From positions 96,001-160,000 of the forward strand of contig CAWAWS010000020.1 of the NCBI GenBank assembly GCA_963785725.1: 64,000 bases of DNA, given 5' to 3'. The DNA comes from an uncultured delta proteobacterium. Lineage in GTDB: Bacteria > Myxococcota_A > Polyangia > Palsa-1104. A model generated the notes under the pieces. It was not told where the DNA came from. It made no database searches and saw only the letters and a program-made list of their open reading frames with translations. Shown here one piece after another: positions 1-9,221 of this stretch (position 1 is its first letter; every line of letters starts with the position of its first letter). Both the position numbers and the translations under genes were made by a program.

Positions 1-1019
1 GCGACATAATTGTCGCGCCCGCAGGCGACGAACACGCGCGCGCCGTCGGGCTGCATCTGAATGCCGGCGGCGCCGGAGATGCCGTCGAAGCGCTTGACGA
101 CCTTGCGCGTGGCGGCGTCGAGCACGACGATAGCGGCAGCGCCGTGGCCGCTGACGACGACGTGCTTGCCGTCGGGGGTGAGCTTGAGCCGATTGGCGCC
201 GGGGACGTTCGCGGCCAACGTGGCGACGACCTGCTTCGTGCGCAAGTCGATGATGGAGATGGTGCCGTCCTGCGCGTTGCCGACCCATAATTCCTGGCCG
301 TTGGGTGTGACGTCGAAGCCTTCGGAGCCGCGCCCGACGGGCACGACCGTCTCCTCCCAGTCGCCGTCGGGTGCGCCCAGCGGCGGACCATTGGGCGGCG
401 CTCCGGCCGCGTGGTCGCTGCCATGTGGCGGCGGCGGCCCGCCATTGGGCGGCGGCCCGAAGCCGCGGCGCTCGCGCTGGTCGATGATGCTGACCGTGGC
501 CGAGCTGACGTTGGTGGTGATGACGCGCTTTTGATCGCTGGAGACGGCGATCATGTGCGTGCGGTCCTGGCCCGTGCCGAGGATCCAATCGACGACTTTG
601 CGGCTCGGGTCGAAGCGGCCGACGGCTTTGGCGGCCTCGGCCGTGAACCACACTTTGCCGCCGACGAACGTCAGGCCGTGCGGCCCGCGCAGCGCGCCCA
701 GTTCGACCGGCGCCAACGGCTTCTGCGCAACCAGATCGATGACGGCCAGCGAATGAAAGGCGCCCGAGCCATAATTCGAGACGTAGGCCAGCGCGCCGTC
801 GGCGGCGGCGATGACCTCGTGCGGATCGTCGCCGACCGGCGCCTTGGCGACGACCTCGAGCGTCGTGGGATCGACGATCGCCAGCGTGTGATCGCGCTTC
901 GACAGCGCCAACAGCGCGCTCTTGGGCGTGCGCTCGGCCAGCGCTCGGCCGCCGAACGGCAGCGCGGCGGCGACCACCACCGCGAGCCGCGCCAATCGGT
1001 CATTCCATCGCTGTTTCAC
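1..1019 (-). CDS. YncE/YVTN-type beta-propeller exported protein, 3' end runs off the window
   Basis: Manual translation (not in ORF track): GTG at 1019 after GAGGAGG; MKQRWNDRLARLAVVVAAALPFGGRALA signal-like N-terminus; repeats such as PVGDDPHEV, VPVGRGSEGFDVTPNGQELWVGN..DGTISIID. Confidence 0.85.
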   Translation of the reverse strand, partial: MKQRWNDRLARLAVVVAAALPFGGRALAERTPKSALLALSKRDHTLAIVDPTTLEVVAKAPVGDDPHEVIAAADGALAYVSNYGSGAFHSLAVIDLVAQKPLAPVELGALRGPHGLTFVGGKVWFTAEAAKAVGRFDPSRKVVDWILGTGQDRTHMIAVSSDQKRVITTNVSSATVSIIDQRERRGFGPPPNGGPPPPHGSDHAAGAPPNGPPLGAPDGDWEETVVPVGRGSEGFDVTPNGQELWVGNAQDGTISIIDLRTKQVVATLAANVPGANRLKLTPDGKHVVVSGHGAAAIVVLDAATRKVVKRFDGISGAAGIQMQPDGARVFVACGRDNYV

Positions 1020-1104
1020 GGACCCTCCTCGTTGCGCGAAGCCTAACAGGTGTCGTGGCAGCCGCTGCGCAGCGAGGCACTTCTACACACTTCGCCGCTT
1101 CGTC

Positions 1105-1467
1105 TTAGGCTGCGAAATAGGCGAGCGCGAGGCCGATGGCGGCCGGCAGCGCCTGAAAAAGTAGGATCGAGCGCTTCGCCGTCAAGCCGCCGTAGAGGCC
1201 GGCGACGAGGACGCAGCCGAGCGCGAACAGCCGGAAGGCGTTGCCGAGCGGCTCGGGCAGCGCCACGCCCAACGCCAACGCCACGACGAGAAAGCCGTTG
1301 TACAGCCCCTGATTCTTCGCCAAGACCGCGCTCGATTCGGCCACCTCCGCGGTCGTGCCGAACACCCGGCGACCGATGGGATGCGTCCACAGCACCATCT
1401 CGAGAATGACCGTCCAAACATGCAAGAGCGCGATCAACCCAATGACGACCTTGAGAGCCAGCAGCAT
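1105..1467 (-). CDS. DUF1304-family membrane protein
   Basis: LHVWTVILEMVLW and AKNQGLYNGFL motifs; AGGAGA RBS upstream of ATG 1467. Confidence 0.85.
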   Translation of the reverse strand: MLLALKVVIGLIALLHVWTVILEMVLWTHPIGRRVFGTTAEVAESSAVLAKNQGLYNGFLVVALALGVALPEPLGNAFRLFALGCVLVAGLYGGLTAKRSILLFQALPAAIGLALAYFAA

Positions 1468-1540
1468 CTTCGATTCTCCTATTTGCAGACCGTTATCGTA
1501 GCGTTTTCGGAATATACGTTCTGTAACTGCGCAAAAAATA

Positions 1541-2119
1541 TCAAATGAAGGAGACGAGCAGCGCACGCACGCCGTCGATGGCCGCCTTGTTCTGCTGCAG
1601 CTTCCACGCGGCGCGCGCGCCGTTGAGCGCGGCGATCAGCGTCTGCGCGATGGCGTGCGGCGCGCCGGCGACGGGCAGCTCGCCCGCGGCCTGCGCCTGC
1701 GCGATGGCGTCGGCGAACACCTTCTCGAGCGACGCCAAGCTGCGCTTGACGATCTTCTGCGCGCTCTCGGGGAGCTGCGTGTATTCGAACGCCGAGTTGA
1801 CGATCAAGCAGCCCCAGGCGCGACTGTCGCTGCGCACTTGCTCGAAGAGCGCGTCCAATAAGCGGCGCGCGCGCGCGCGCGGCGAGGGCTCCGACGCCGC
1901 CAGCTTGGCGATCTCGCCGCGCCACATCTGCACATAACGCTCGAGCGCCTTCAAGAACAGCGCCTCTTTGTCGCCAAAGGTGTTGTAGAGGCTCCAGCGA
2001 TTGAGGCTCATCGCGGTCAATAGGTCGTCGACGGACGTATTGACGTAACCTTTTTGCCAAAAGAGCTGCAGCGCGGCGTCGAGCGCGGTCTCTTCGTCGA
2101 ATTGGCGCGGGCGGGCCAC
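1541..2119 (-). CDS. TetR/AcrR-family transcriptional regulator
   Basis: ARPRQFDEETALDAALQLFWQKGY..SLYNTFGDKEALF HTH and GCLIVN motif. Confidence 0.92.
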   Translation of the reverse strand: MARPRQFDEETALDAALQLFWQKGYVNTSVDDLLTAMSLNRWSLYNTFGDKEALFLKALERYVQMWRGEIAKLAASEPSPRARARRLLDALFEQVRSDSRAWGCLIVNSAFEYTQLPESAQKIVKRSLASLEKVFADAIAQAQAAGELPVAGAPHAIAQTLIAALNGARAAWKLQQNKAAIDGVRALLVSFI

Positions 2120-2126
2120 GAGTCGC

Positions 2127-2160
2127 ACTCTAGCCGGTTACAGAACGACCGGTCAATAAC
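2127..2160 (-). promoter_or_regulatory. sigma70-type promoter (TTGACC-N18-TAGAGT) overlapped by a palindromic TetR operator
   Basis: Imperfect palindrome GTTACAGAACGACCGGTCAATAAC at 2137-2160; half-site CGTTCTGTAAC recurs at 1517-1527 upstream of DUF1304. Confidence 0.7.
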
Positions 2161-2437
2161 TTATCCGTAAAGCGGCGGAACCCGACGAATCGGAGCGGGT
2201 GAAGCGGCGCGCGACGCCGCAATCGCTGCCGGCGAATACGACCGGCGAACACGAGGCGCCTTCCGTCGCCGCGCTCGGCGACGGCGTCGGCGGCGTGTTC
2301 GCCGCAGGACTGGCAGCCGAATGACCGGAACGGGCGGCCTTGGCGCGCGAGACGACGGTGGACGCCGGTGCTCGCAGCAGCCAGCGACGGCAGACGCGGC
2401 GGCTGCTCGCGTCCGCTCGCCGCCGCGCGCACCTCGC

Positions 2438-2500
2438 ATTACGACTATTACGACTATTACGACTATTACGACTATTACGACTATTACGACGACGACGACG
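2438..2500. repeat. 9-bp tandem repeat (ATTACGACT)x5 plus a partial copy, followed by (GAC)n
   Basis: Read directly from the sequence. Confidence 0.95.
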
Positions 2501-2585
2501 GTCGCGCGGCCGGCGAAGTCGGCGCAACAGCGGCGTCGATTGCCGGAAGGACGCGCGGCCACGACGCGTAACATCGGGTGCGGCG

Positions 2586-2993
2586 ATGATGACGTTCAAC
2601 CTCGTAGTCATTTCCTGCTTCCTACTGCTCGGCCTCTGGGCGCGCCGGCATCGCGCCCGCCGCGACCGCGACCGCGTGCTCGAGCGCGTCGACGTCGACG
2701 ATCTCGGGGTGCGCCATACGCTGGTCGACGGCACCGTCGAAGCCGTGACCTGGGCCGAGCTCGTGCGCGTCGAAGCGGTCACGACCGACCAAGGACCCTA
2801 CGTCGAAGACCTGTACTTCCTCTTGTTTGCGCGCGACGGCCACGGCTGCGCCGTCCGCCAAGATCATTCGCAGGCGGTGTTGCCACGACTGCTGGACCTG
2901 CCCGGCTTCGACCACGCAGCGTTCGTGACCGCGTGCGGCTCGACCGAAAACGCCCGCTTCGTCTGCTGGGTCGCGCCCGAAACCACCGATTGA
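2586..2993 (+). CDS. Hypothetical membrane-anchored protein
   Basis: N-terminal hydrophobic helix; globular-looking region VTWAELVRVEAVTTDQGPYVEDLYFLL..LPGFD. Confidence 0.7.
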   Translation: MMTFNLVVISCFLLLGLWARRHRARRDRDRVLERVDVDDLGVRHTLVDGTVEAVTWAELVRVEAVTTDQGPYVEDLYFLLFARDGHGCAVRQDHSQAVLPRLLDLPGFDHAAFVTACGSTENARFVCWVAPETTD

Positions 2994-3090
2994 GCGAGTC
3001 GGTCCGCGCAAGGTCGCTTACCCACGCCGCCGCCCGCGTCACGCGCGCGCGGCGCGAACGCGGCGCCGAGTCGCGTGTTATGGTCGCCGC

Positions 3091-4452
3091 GTGCGGCTGC
3101 TGACGACCCTTCACGCCTTCGTCTTCGTGCTCGCCGGCGGTTGCGCGGCGTCGCATGCCACTTGGGTGCCGGTGCGCGACGCGCCGGCGCTGGCCGCGGC
3201 CGTGCGCGCCGAGACGCAGCACGCGTGGGCCGCTTATCGTCGTCATGCCTGGGGTCACGACGAGCTACTGCCGCTCAGTCGCGCCGGCCGCGACTGGCAT
3301 AAGGGCTCGCTCCTGATGACACCGGTCGACGCGCTCGACACGCTGCTCATCATGCATCTCGATACCGAAGCGAACGAGGCGCGCGCGCTCATCGATAAAG
3401 AGCTGTCCTTCGATCAGGATATTTCGGTCAAGACATTCGAGATCACCATTCGCCTATTGGGCGGTCTCTTGTCGGCATATCAAATGACCGACGATCGGCG
3501 GCTGCTCGAGCTGGCCACCGATCTCGGCCGGCGCTTGGCGCCCGCGTTCAATTCGCCGACGGGAATGCCCTATACGAACGTCAATCTGCGCACGGGCGCC
3601 GTCAGCGGACCGCACTCGAACCCAGCCGAAATCGGCACGCTGATATTGGAATTCGGTACGCTCTCGCGGCTCACGCACGACCCACATTATTACGAGCTGG
3701 CCAAGCGAGCGCTGCGCGCCTTATGGCAGCGACGCTCGCCGATTGGGCTCGTCGGCGAGGAGATCGACGTCGAGAGCGGGCGCTGGATCAGTTCGATCGC
3801 GCACATCTCCGGCGGCATCGACTCTTATTACGAATATCTCGTCAAAGGCGCGCGCCTGTTCGACGACGCCGAGCTGGCGACGATGGCCAAGGAGATGTTG
3901 GCGGCCGTCAATCGCTATTTGGCCGACGAGACGCCGAGCGGCCTTTGGTATGGCTACGTCAATATGGATACTGGTAAGCGCACCGATACGCTCTATGGCG
4001 CGCTCGACGCGTTCTATCCGGCGGTGCTCGTGCTGGCCGGCGACGACGAGCGCGCGGCGCGGCTGCAGGCGTCGTCGTATCGCATGTGGCGCGTGGCCGG
4101 ATTGGAGCCCGAAGTATACGATTATCGCGCCGAGCGGATTACGGCGCCGGGTTATCAATTGCGGCCCGAGATCATCGAATCGGCTTATTACCTATATCAT
4201 CGAACGCGCGACCCGCAATATCGCGAAATGGGGCGTACGTTCTTGCGCGATATCGAGCGCTATTGCCGGACGGACGACGGATATGCCGCGATCAGCGACG
4301 TGCGCGACAAGTCCAAGCGCGATCGCATGGAGAGCTATTTCTTCGCCGAGACCCTGAAGTATCTTTATTTATTGTTCGCGCCCGATAAGGTATTGCCGCT
4401 CGCCGATGTCGTCTTCAATACCGAGGCGCATCCGTTACGCCGCGTGCGCTGA
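3091..4452 (+). CDS. Glycoside hydrolase family 47 (alpha-1,2-mannosidase-like), probable lipoprotein
   Basis: AWGHDELLP, FEITIRLLGGLLSAY, DSYYEYL, LRPEIIES, MESYFFAETLKYLYLLF, FNTEAHP; LAGGC lipobox. Confidence 0.95.
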   Translation: MRLLTTLHAFVFVLAGGCAASHATWVPVRDAPALAAAVRAETQHAWAAYRRHAWGHDELLPLSRAGRDWHKGSLLMTPVDALDTLLIMHLDTEANEARALIDKELSFDQDISVKTFEITIRLLGGLLSAYQMTDDRRLLELATDLGRRLAPAFNSPTGMPYTNVNLRTGAVSGPHSNPAEIGTLILEFGTLSRLTHDPHYYELAKRALRALWQRRSPIGLVGEEIDVESGRWISSIAHISGGIDSYYEYLVKGARLFDDAELATMAKEMLAAVNRYLADETPSGLWYGYVNMDTGKRTDTLYGALDAFYPAVLVLAGDDERAARLQASSYRMWRVAGLEPEVYDYRAERITAPGYQLRPEIIESAYYLYHRTRDPQYREMGRTFLRDIERYCRTDDGYAAISDVRDKSKRDRMESYFFAETLKYLYLLFAPDKVLPLADVVFNTEAHPLRRVR

Positions 4453-4511
4453 GCATCACTCGCATTCGCAGCACAGACGGTCGCTCGAAAGTGGGAAATG
4501 ACGCGGCTTGG

Positions 4512-4757
4512 TCAGTCGTCGGACGTGACGATGCGGGCGATGGCGGTGAACGGGACCCATTGCGTGAACGTCTTGGCCGGGAACGGCGGCAGTCCCTTGC
4601 GGGGATTGCCGGGATCGGCCGGCCGCGTGTAGGTCACGGCGACGACGCCGTCTTGCGAGGACGTGACATTGCCTTTGACGTTGTCGCCGTTGATGAGGAA
4701 GATGGTGATAGTTTTATCACCAAAGCTGCTGAAGAGGTCCACGAGAGCCTTCGCCAT
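4512..4757 (-). CDS. Small Hfq/Sm-like protein (81 aa)
   Basis: ITIFLINGDNVKGNVTS resembles the Sm1 motif; TQWVPFTAIARIV resembles the Sm2 motif; promoter directly upstream. Confidence 0.55.
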   Translation of the reverse strand: MAKALVDLFSSFGDKTITIFLINGDNVKGNVTSSQDGVVAVTYTRPADPGNPRKGLPPFPAKTFTQWVPFTAIARIVTSDD

Positions 4758-4762
4758 GGCGC

Positions 4763-4792
4763 ATCCTAGGCTGGCGCCCGTCGGTCTGGCAA
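4763..4792 (-). promoter_or_regulatory. sigma70-type promoter TTGCCA-N18-TAGGAT, 5 nt before ATG (leaderless)
   Basis: Boxes at 4787-4792 and 4763-4768. Confidence 0.6.
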
Positions 4793-5082
4793 CTGCGCGA
4801 CGCGGGTGCGGCGCTGGCCGTTTTGGCGAGTTTTGGGATGTCGCGGTCGCCGTTCGAGTGAGCAAAGAACGGCCTCGAGACCCGAAGAGGAAGATCGCGC
4901 TCGCCCGTCCACCTCGAGTGCGAGACTGTCGAATCGCCGGCGTGCAGGCGCGAGGTTGTCCGGCAACAGCTGTCGCGCCGAGTCATCGACCGCTCCTTCG
5001 CCCGGTGCCAGGATATTGGCCTCGAGAAGGTGCTGCATGTCCGAGCAGGCGAGCGTCTGCCGCCACGCTACCCGGCAAGTCC

Positions 5083-6477
5083 ATGCTCCCTATCATCACT
5101 CGTGTGAACCACGAGCATGAAGTCGACCGGCTTGTTGCAGAGGCGCTCGCGCGGCAGGAGATGGATGGGGAGCGGCTGACCAATCGATGCCGCATCGCCC
5201 TGCTTCTGGTCGGTGGCCTCGATTTGGCGTTGGTATGGAATCAGCAGACGCCCGCCGCGGCTCGCTTCTTCTTGATCCACGGCCTATGCGTGTGTGCCTT
5301 CGCCGGAGCCGTGGAGTGGACCCTTTACGACCGTCACCGCTATCTGCCACGCCTCATGTATCTCACCGTGTTCATCGACGTCAGTTATGTCTTTGCCTAC
5401 ACAGTCGCGAGCCTGCTCAATCATTCGGGCGTCTATGCCATTTACCGCTCGCCGTTCATGTGGCTGCTTTTGGCGACAGTGAATGCACTCTCCGGCCTGC
5501 GCCATCGCGCGTCCGCCAGTCTTCTCGCGGGTGGCCTGACGCTCGTGTACGGCGGTCTTCAGCTGCTCGGCGTCATGGCCGTGCCGGTCGAGTGGTCGCA
5601 CAGCCTGGAGTTTGTCGGTCGGCGGCTCAACCTTGCCAACGCTGTGCAGACCATCGTGCTGGCCTCGGTTCCGGCGTGGGTGGCAGCAGTGGTGGCGAAC
5701 CGCTCTCGGCAGCTCGTGGTTCGTGAGGCCCGCGCCGCGGCGGAACGAGCGTCGCTTGAAGAGCGGCATCGCTATGCGATTAAGGAATTGGACGCGCTGC
5801 GCGAGCTCGCCAACGCCAAGGATCGCTTCCTCAACATTGCGTCACACGAGCTGCGCTCGCCGATAGCGGCCTTGCGCATGACGGTGCAGCTGGCCGCCGT
5901 CCAGCCCGATCAGGTGACGGATCCCGACAAAGGGGCCACATTCCTCGCGCGCCTCGAGCGTCAATCCACGCGCCTTACGCATCTCGTCGACCAACTTCTC
6001 GAGACGGCTCGGCTCGGACGCGAGCTCCCACTCAACCCGGAGACGTCCGACCTGGCGCAGCTTTGCCTCAACAGCATTGAAGCGCTCCCCCGCGATCGCA
6101 ACCAAGTGCTGCTCGAGAGTGCCGAGTCGCTCGTCGGCATCTGGGACCCGCTGCGCATCGAGCAGGTCATCACCAACCTATTGTCGAACGCATTGCGCTA
6201 TAGCCCACCCGGAGCGCCGGTGCGGCTGAGCGTGAGCGCCACGGCCGAGTGGGCAATCGTCACCGTCTCCGATCGGGGAATGGGCATTCCACGGAGCGAG
6301 CTCGGACGCCTCTTCACGCCGTTCTTTCGCGCCGAGAACGCTCGCAAGACGCACGGCGGCGGGCTCGGGCTCGGCCTCTACATCACGCATGAGATCGTCC
6401 GTCGTCACGGCGGAAACATCCGCGTGATGTCCGAAGTCGGCCTGGGAACGACTTTCGTGGTCGAGCTCCCTCGATAG
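5083..6477 (+). CDS. Multi-TM sensor histidine kinase
   Basis: About 6 hydrophobic segments; ASHELRSP H-box, NLLSNALRY N-box, DRGMGI, GLGLGL. Confidence 0.92.
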   Translation: MLPIITRVNHEHEVDRLVAEALARQEMDGERLTNRCRIALLLVGGLDLALVWNQQTPAAARFFLIHGLCVCAFAGAVEWTLYDRHRYLPRLMYLTVFIDVSYVFAYTVASLLNHSGVYAIYRSPFMWLLLATVNALSGLRHRASASLLAGGLTLVYGGLQLLGVMAVPVEWSHSLEFVGRRLNLANAVQTIVLASVPAWVAAVVANRSRQLVVREARAAAERASLEERHRYAIKELDALRELANAKDRFLNIASHELRSPIAALRMTVQLAAVQPDQVTDPDKGATFLARLERQSTRLTHLVDQLLETARLGRELPLNPETSDLAQLCLNSIEALPRDRNQVLLESAESLVGIWDPLRIEQVITNLLSNALRYSPPGAPVRLSVSATAEWAIVTVSDRGMGIPRSELGRLFTPFFRAENARKTHGGGLGLGLYITHEIVRRHGGNIRVMSEVGLGTTFVVELPR

Positions 6478-6647
6478 CTGAACGGCCACATCGTGCACGG
6501 GCCTTCGGCAACGGCGGCGGCCCGCGGCGCGGCGCCGCGACGGTCGCAGCGAACCCACACGCCGGGACGGCAGATCCGCGGTGTCGACTGTCGTTTCCGG
6601 GCAACCTGCGATTGCACGCGTTTTGCATCGCCGCACCTTATAGATCT

Positions 6648-7754
6648 ATGCGGCCGATGATTCGACCCAATCCCGTCTCGTGCAGTCTCGATCTGCGTTC
6701 GGCGCTCGAGGCGATGGACGATCTCGCCTTCGTATTCGATGCGAATACGGAGCTCGTCTTCGTCAATCGAGCGGGGTTGCATATGTTCGGCTTTGCCAGT
6801 CTGGAAGAGGTGCGCCATGACATCGCAGGAGCGAGCCGCCTCGTTCGCGTCGTTCGAGTGTCCGGACACCATATCGCCAGGCCATTGGACCTCGTCCGGC
6901 AGGCGCTCGCCGGCGAGAAGGTGATCGAGGATCTCGAGCGCGCCGAGCCACTCGATGGCAGGCCTCATGTCATTCTGCGCATGACGCTCAATCCAATCAT
7001 CGACGCCAATGGCGTCGCCGTCGGCGTGCTCAAGATCGGCCACGACGTCACGTTCGAGCGAGAGCTCGCGGAGCTCAAGGAGGACTTCGTTCGCGTCGCG
7101 TCGCATGAGCTGCGCACGCCCGCCGCGATCCTGCGCCTCGCGGCAAACAGACTGCTGTCGAGTGAGGCGCTCTCGCCCGACGAGCTACGGAAGCGCGCCG
7201 AGACAATCGACCGGGCGACGCGCCGAATCGAGTGCATTTCGTGCAGGCTCGACGACATGGCCAGCATCTCCGGCGGAGCGGGAATCGTCCTCGACCTGGC
7301 TGAGGTGAGCCTGGACGCCATCGTTGCCGACGTGGTCGCCCGCCTCGACGGACCGGAAGCCGGCCGCGTCCATCTTTCGTCGACGCCGGCGTCGGTACGC
7401 GGCGACGCCAGGCGACTACGCCAAGTCATCGCGAGCGTGCTCGACAACGCGCTTCGCTATTCGATGGCGCCGGCGCCCGTGGAGGTCGCCGTGAGCGCGA
7501 ACGACGAGCTAGCGGAGGTGGCGGTCGTCGATCACGGCGTCGGCATTCTGCCCGACCGGCGCACCCACTTGTTCGAATCGTTTTATCGCGCGCACAACGG
7601 CGCGCCATTCGATCGGGGCGGCTTAGGCGCCAGCCTATACCTGGCCGCTCAAATCATGCGGGCGCACGAAGGACGCATTTGGTTCGAGCCCAACGCCAGC
7701 GGAGGGAGCATCTTCCGGATAGCGCTCGACACGACTCGCGGCGCCGAGGAATGA
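6648..7754 (+). CDS. PAS-domain cytoplasmic histidine kinase (start uncertain)
   Basis: FVNRAGLHMFG PAS; ASHELRTP, DNALRY, DHGVGI, GGLG. Confidence 0.9.
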   Translation: MRPMIRPNPVSCSLDLRSALEAMDDLAFVFDANTELVFVNRAGLHMFGFASLEEVRHDIAGASRLVRVVRVSGHHIARPLDLVRQALAGEKVIEDLERAEPLDGRPHVILRMTLNPIIDANGVAVGVLKIGHDVTFERELAELKEDFVRVASHELRTPAAILRLAANRLLSSEALSPDELRKRAETIDRATRRIECISCRLDDMASISGGAGIVLDLAEVSLDAIVADVVARLDGPEAGRVHLSSTPASVRGDARRLRQVIASVLDNALRYSMAPAPVEVAVSANDELAEVAVVDHGVGILPDRRTHLFESFYRAHNGAPFDRGGLGASLYLAAQIMRAHEGRIWFEPNASGGSIFRIALDTTRGAEE

Positions 7755-7874
7755 TTCGACTGCGTATACGACACTGGCCTAAAGGAATTCTCGGCTGGGA
7801 TACCCGGATCGATCGACCGCGCGGGCCGCTCGAATGGATCTTGGCGAATGTTGTAGGCTACCGACCGAGGCCGC

Positions 7875-8156
7875 CTCTATGATGTCGCGGGCAACGTCTG
7901 GGACGTGGTGCCGCGATTGTATCGACCCGACTACTACGTCTCTCTGACGGCGATGAATGCGATCGCGCGCAATCCGACGGGGCCGAACCGATCGTTCGAT
8001 CCCGACGAGCCGACCGAGCAGAAGCGGGTACAACGCGGCGGATCGTTCCTGTGCACCGATCAATATTGCTCGCGCTATCTCGTCGGCTCGCGCGGCAAAG
8101 GCGAAGTCTCGACCGGCGGCAATCATCTCGGCTTCCACTGCGTGCAGTCGCGTTAG
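7875..8156 (+). pseudogene. C-terminal remnant of a formylglycine-generating enzyme (FGE/SUMF1) family gene
   Basis: LYDVAGNVW..RVQRGGSFLCTDQYCSRY..NHLGFHCV; in-frame TAG at 7854; no N-terminal part. Confidence 0.85.
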
Positions 8157-8359
8157 AGGACACGAGCGACGACGACGATGGCGTGAACGCCGCCAGCCCG
8201 GACTGCGAGCCACGACGACGTGCGCGACTGCGGCGCGCCGCATGACGAGTGTCGTCTGCCGAGTCATCTCCGCCGAAGAAGTCGCGCCGCCTACGCGACG
8301 GCGCTCATTCGCCGGCTGTCATTCGACGAACAGGGTGGGCGCGCTTGGCTCGTGATGCG

Positions 8360-8887
8360 TCATTCGGCGAGCGTCGTGCACAGGTTCTCCTCGCGACCGA
8401 CGTGCACCGGCAGGGTCTGCACGCCGCTCGCGCTGTAGTCGACCACGAAGACGCCGTCGAGCACCCACATTCCTTGCGCCAGCGGGCTGCCGAAGAACGC
8501 GACGGCGACGGGCCCGGCATAATCCCACTGCGCCGAGCCGTCTTGCCCCCACTGCACGAGCGCGTCGCCGCTCAGGTTGCGCGTGACCGCGACGCCGCTC
8601 TCGACGTTCGTGAACTTATAGACGAGCGCGCCCTTGTAAGCCTGTCGACGCGGGCTGCCGTCGGGCCAGGTCTGCAGGATCTTCGTGACCACCTCGTCCT
8701 CGACGACGTCGGCCTGCAGCGTGAACGCGCACAGCCCGCCGGCGGGAATCGTGAACGACTCCTGCGGCGAGCGCTGCCAACCTGGCGGCACGACGGACGC
8801 CGCCTCGCCGGCGCGCGCTCCCGATGTGACACCGCTCACGACCAATGAGGCGACAAACGCTGCTGCGACTGCGGAAAAGCTTCGCAT
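8360..8887 (-). CDS. Secreted hypothetical protein
   Basis: Signal peptide ending ARA; AGGAGG RBS; two Cys near the termini of the mature chain. Confidence 0.75.
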   Translation of the reverse strand: MRSFSAVAAAFVASLVVSGVTSGARAGEAASVVPPGWQRSPQESFTIPAGGLCAFTLQADVVEDEVVTKILQTWPDGSPRRQAYKGALVYKFTNVESGVAVTRNLSGDALVQWGQDGSAQWDYAGPVAVAFFGSPLAQGMWVLDGVFVVDYSASGVQTLPVHVGREENLCTTLAE

Positions 8888-9221
8888 TCCGACCCTCCTA
8901 CCAATAAGGGCCCGGCGCGCCGCCAATCGGCTCACGAATTCGTGCTTCGCGCTTCGCCAAAATGCAAATCGACGGCGAAAGCGGGCTCGCGGGCGATCGC
9001 GCCTCGGAAAACCGGGCCCGGATTAATGTGGCCTGCCCGAGTGATCTGCCCGACGGGCGCGGCGCCGTCGTAGGGCGCGGCCAACTGCGACTCCAGCTCG
9101 TCCGTCGCCGTCGACTGCCGACGATAGCCGGCGGCAGCGCGTCCATCCGCGCGCGGATATTCGGCGGCCGCCCCTTGCGCGCATGCCGCCACCGTCGAAC
9201 ACTACCGAACGCGAGGTCATC

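Noticed and set aside
2368..2571. Tyr/Asp-repeat peptide as a RiPP precursor
   Set aside because: It arises from the microsatellite; no RBS and no modifying enzymes nearby
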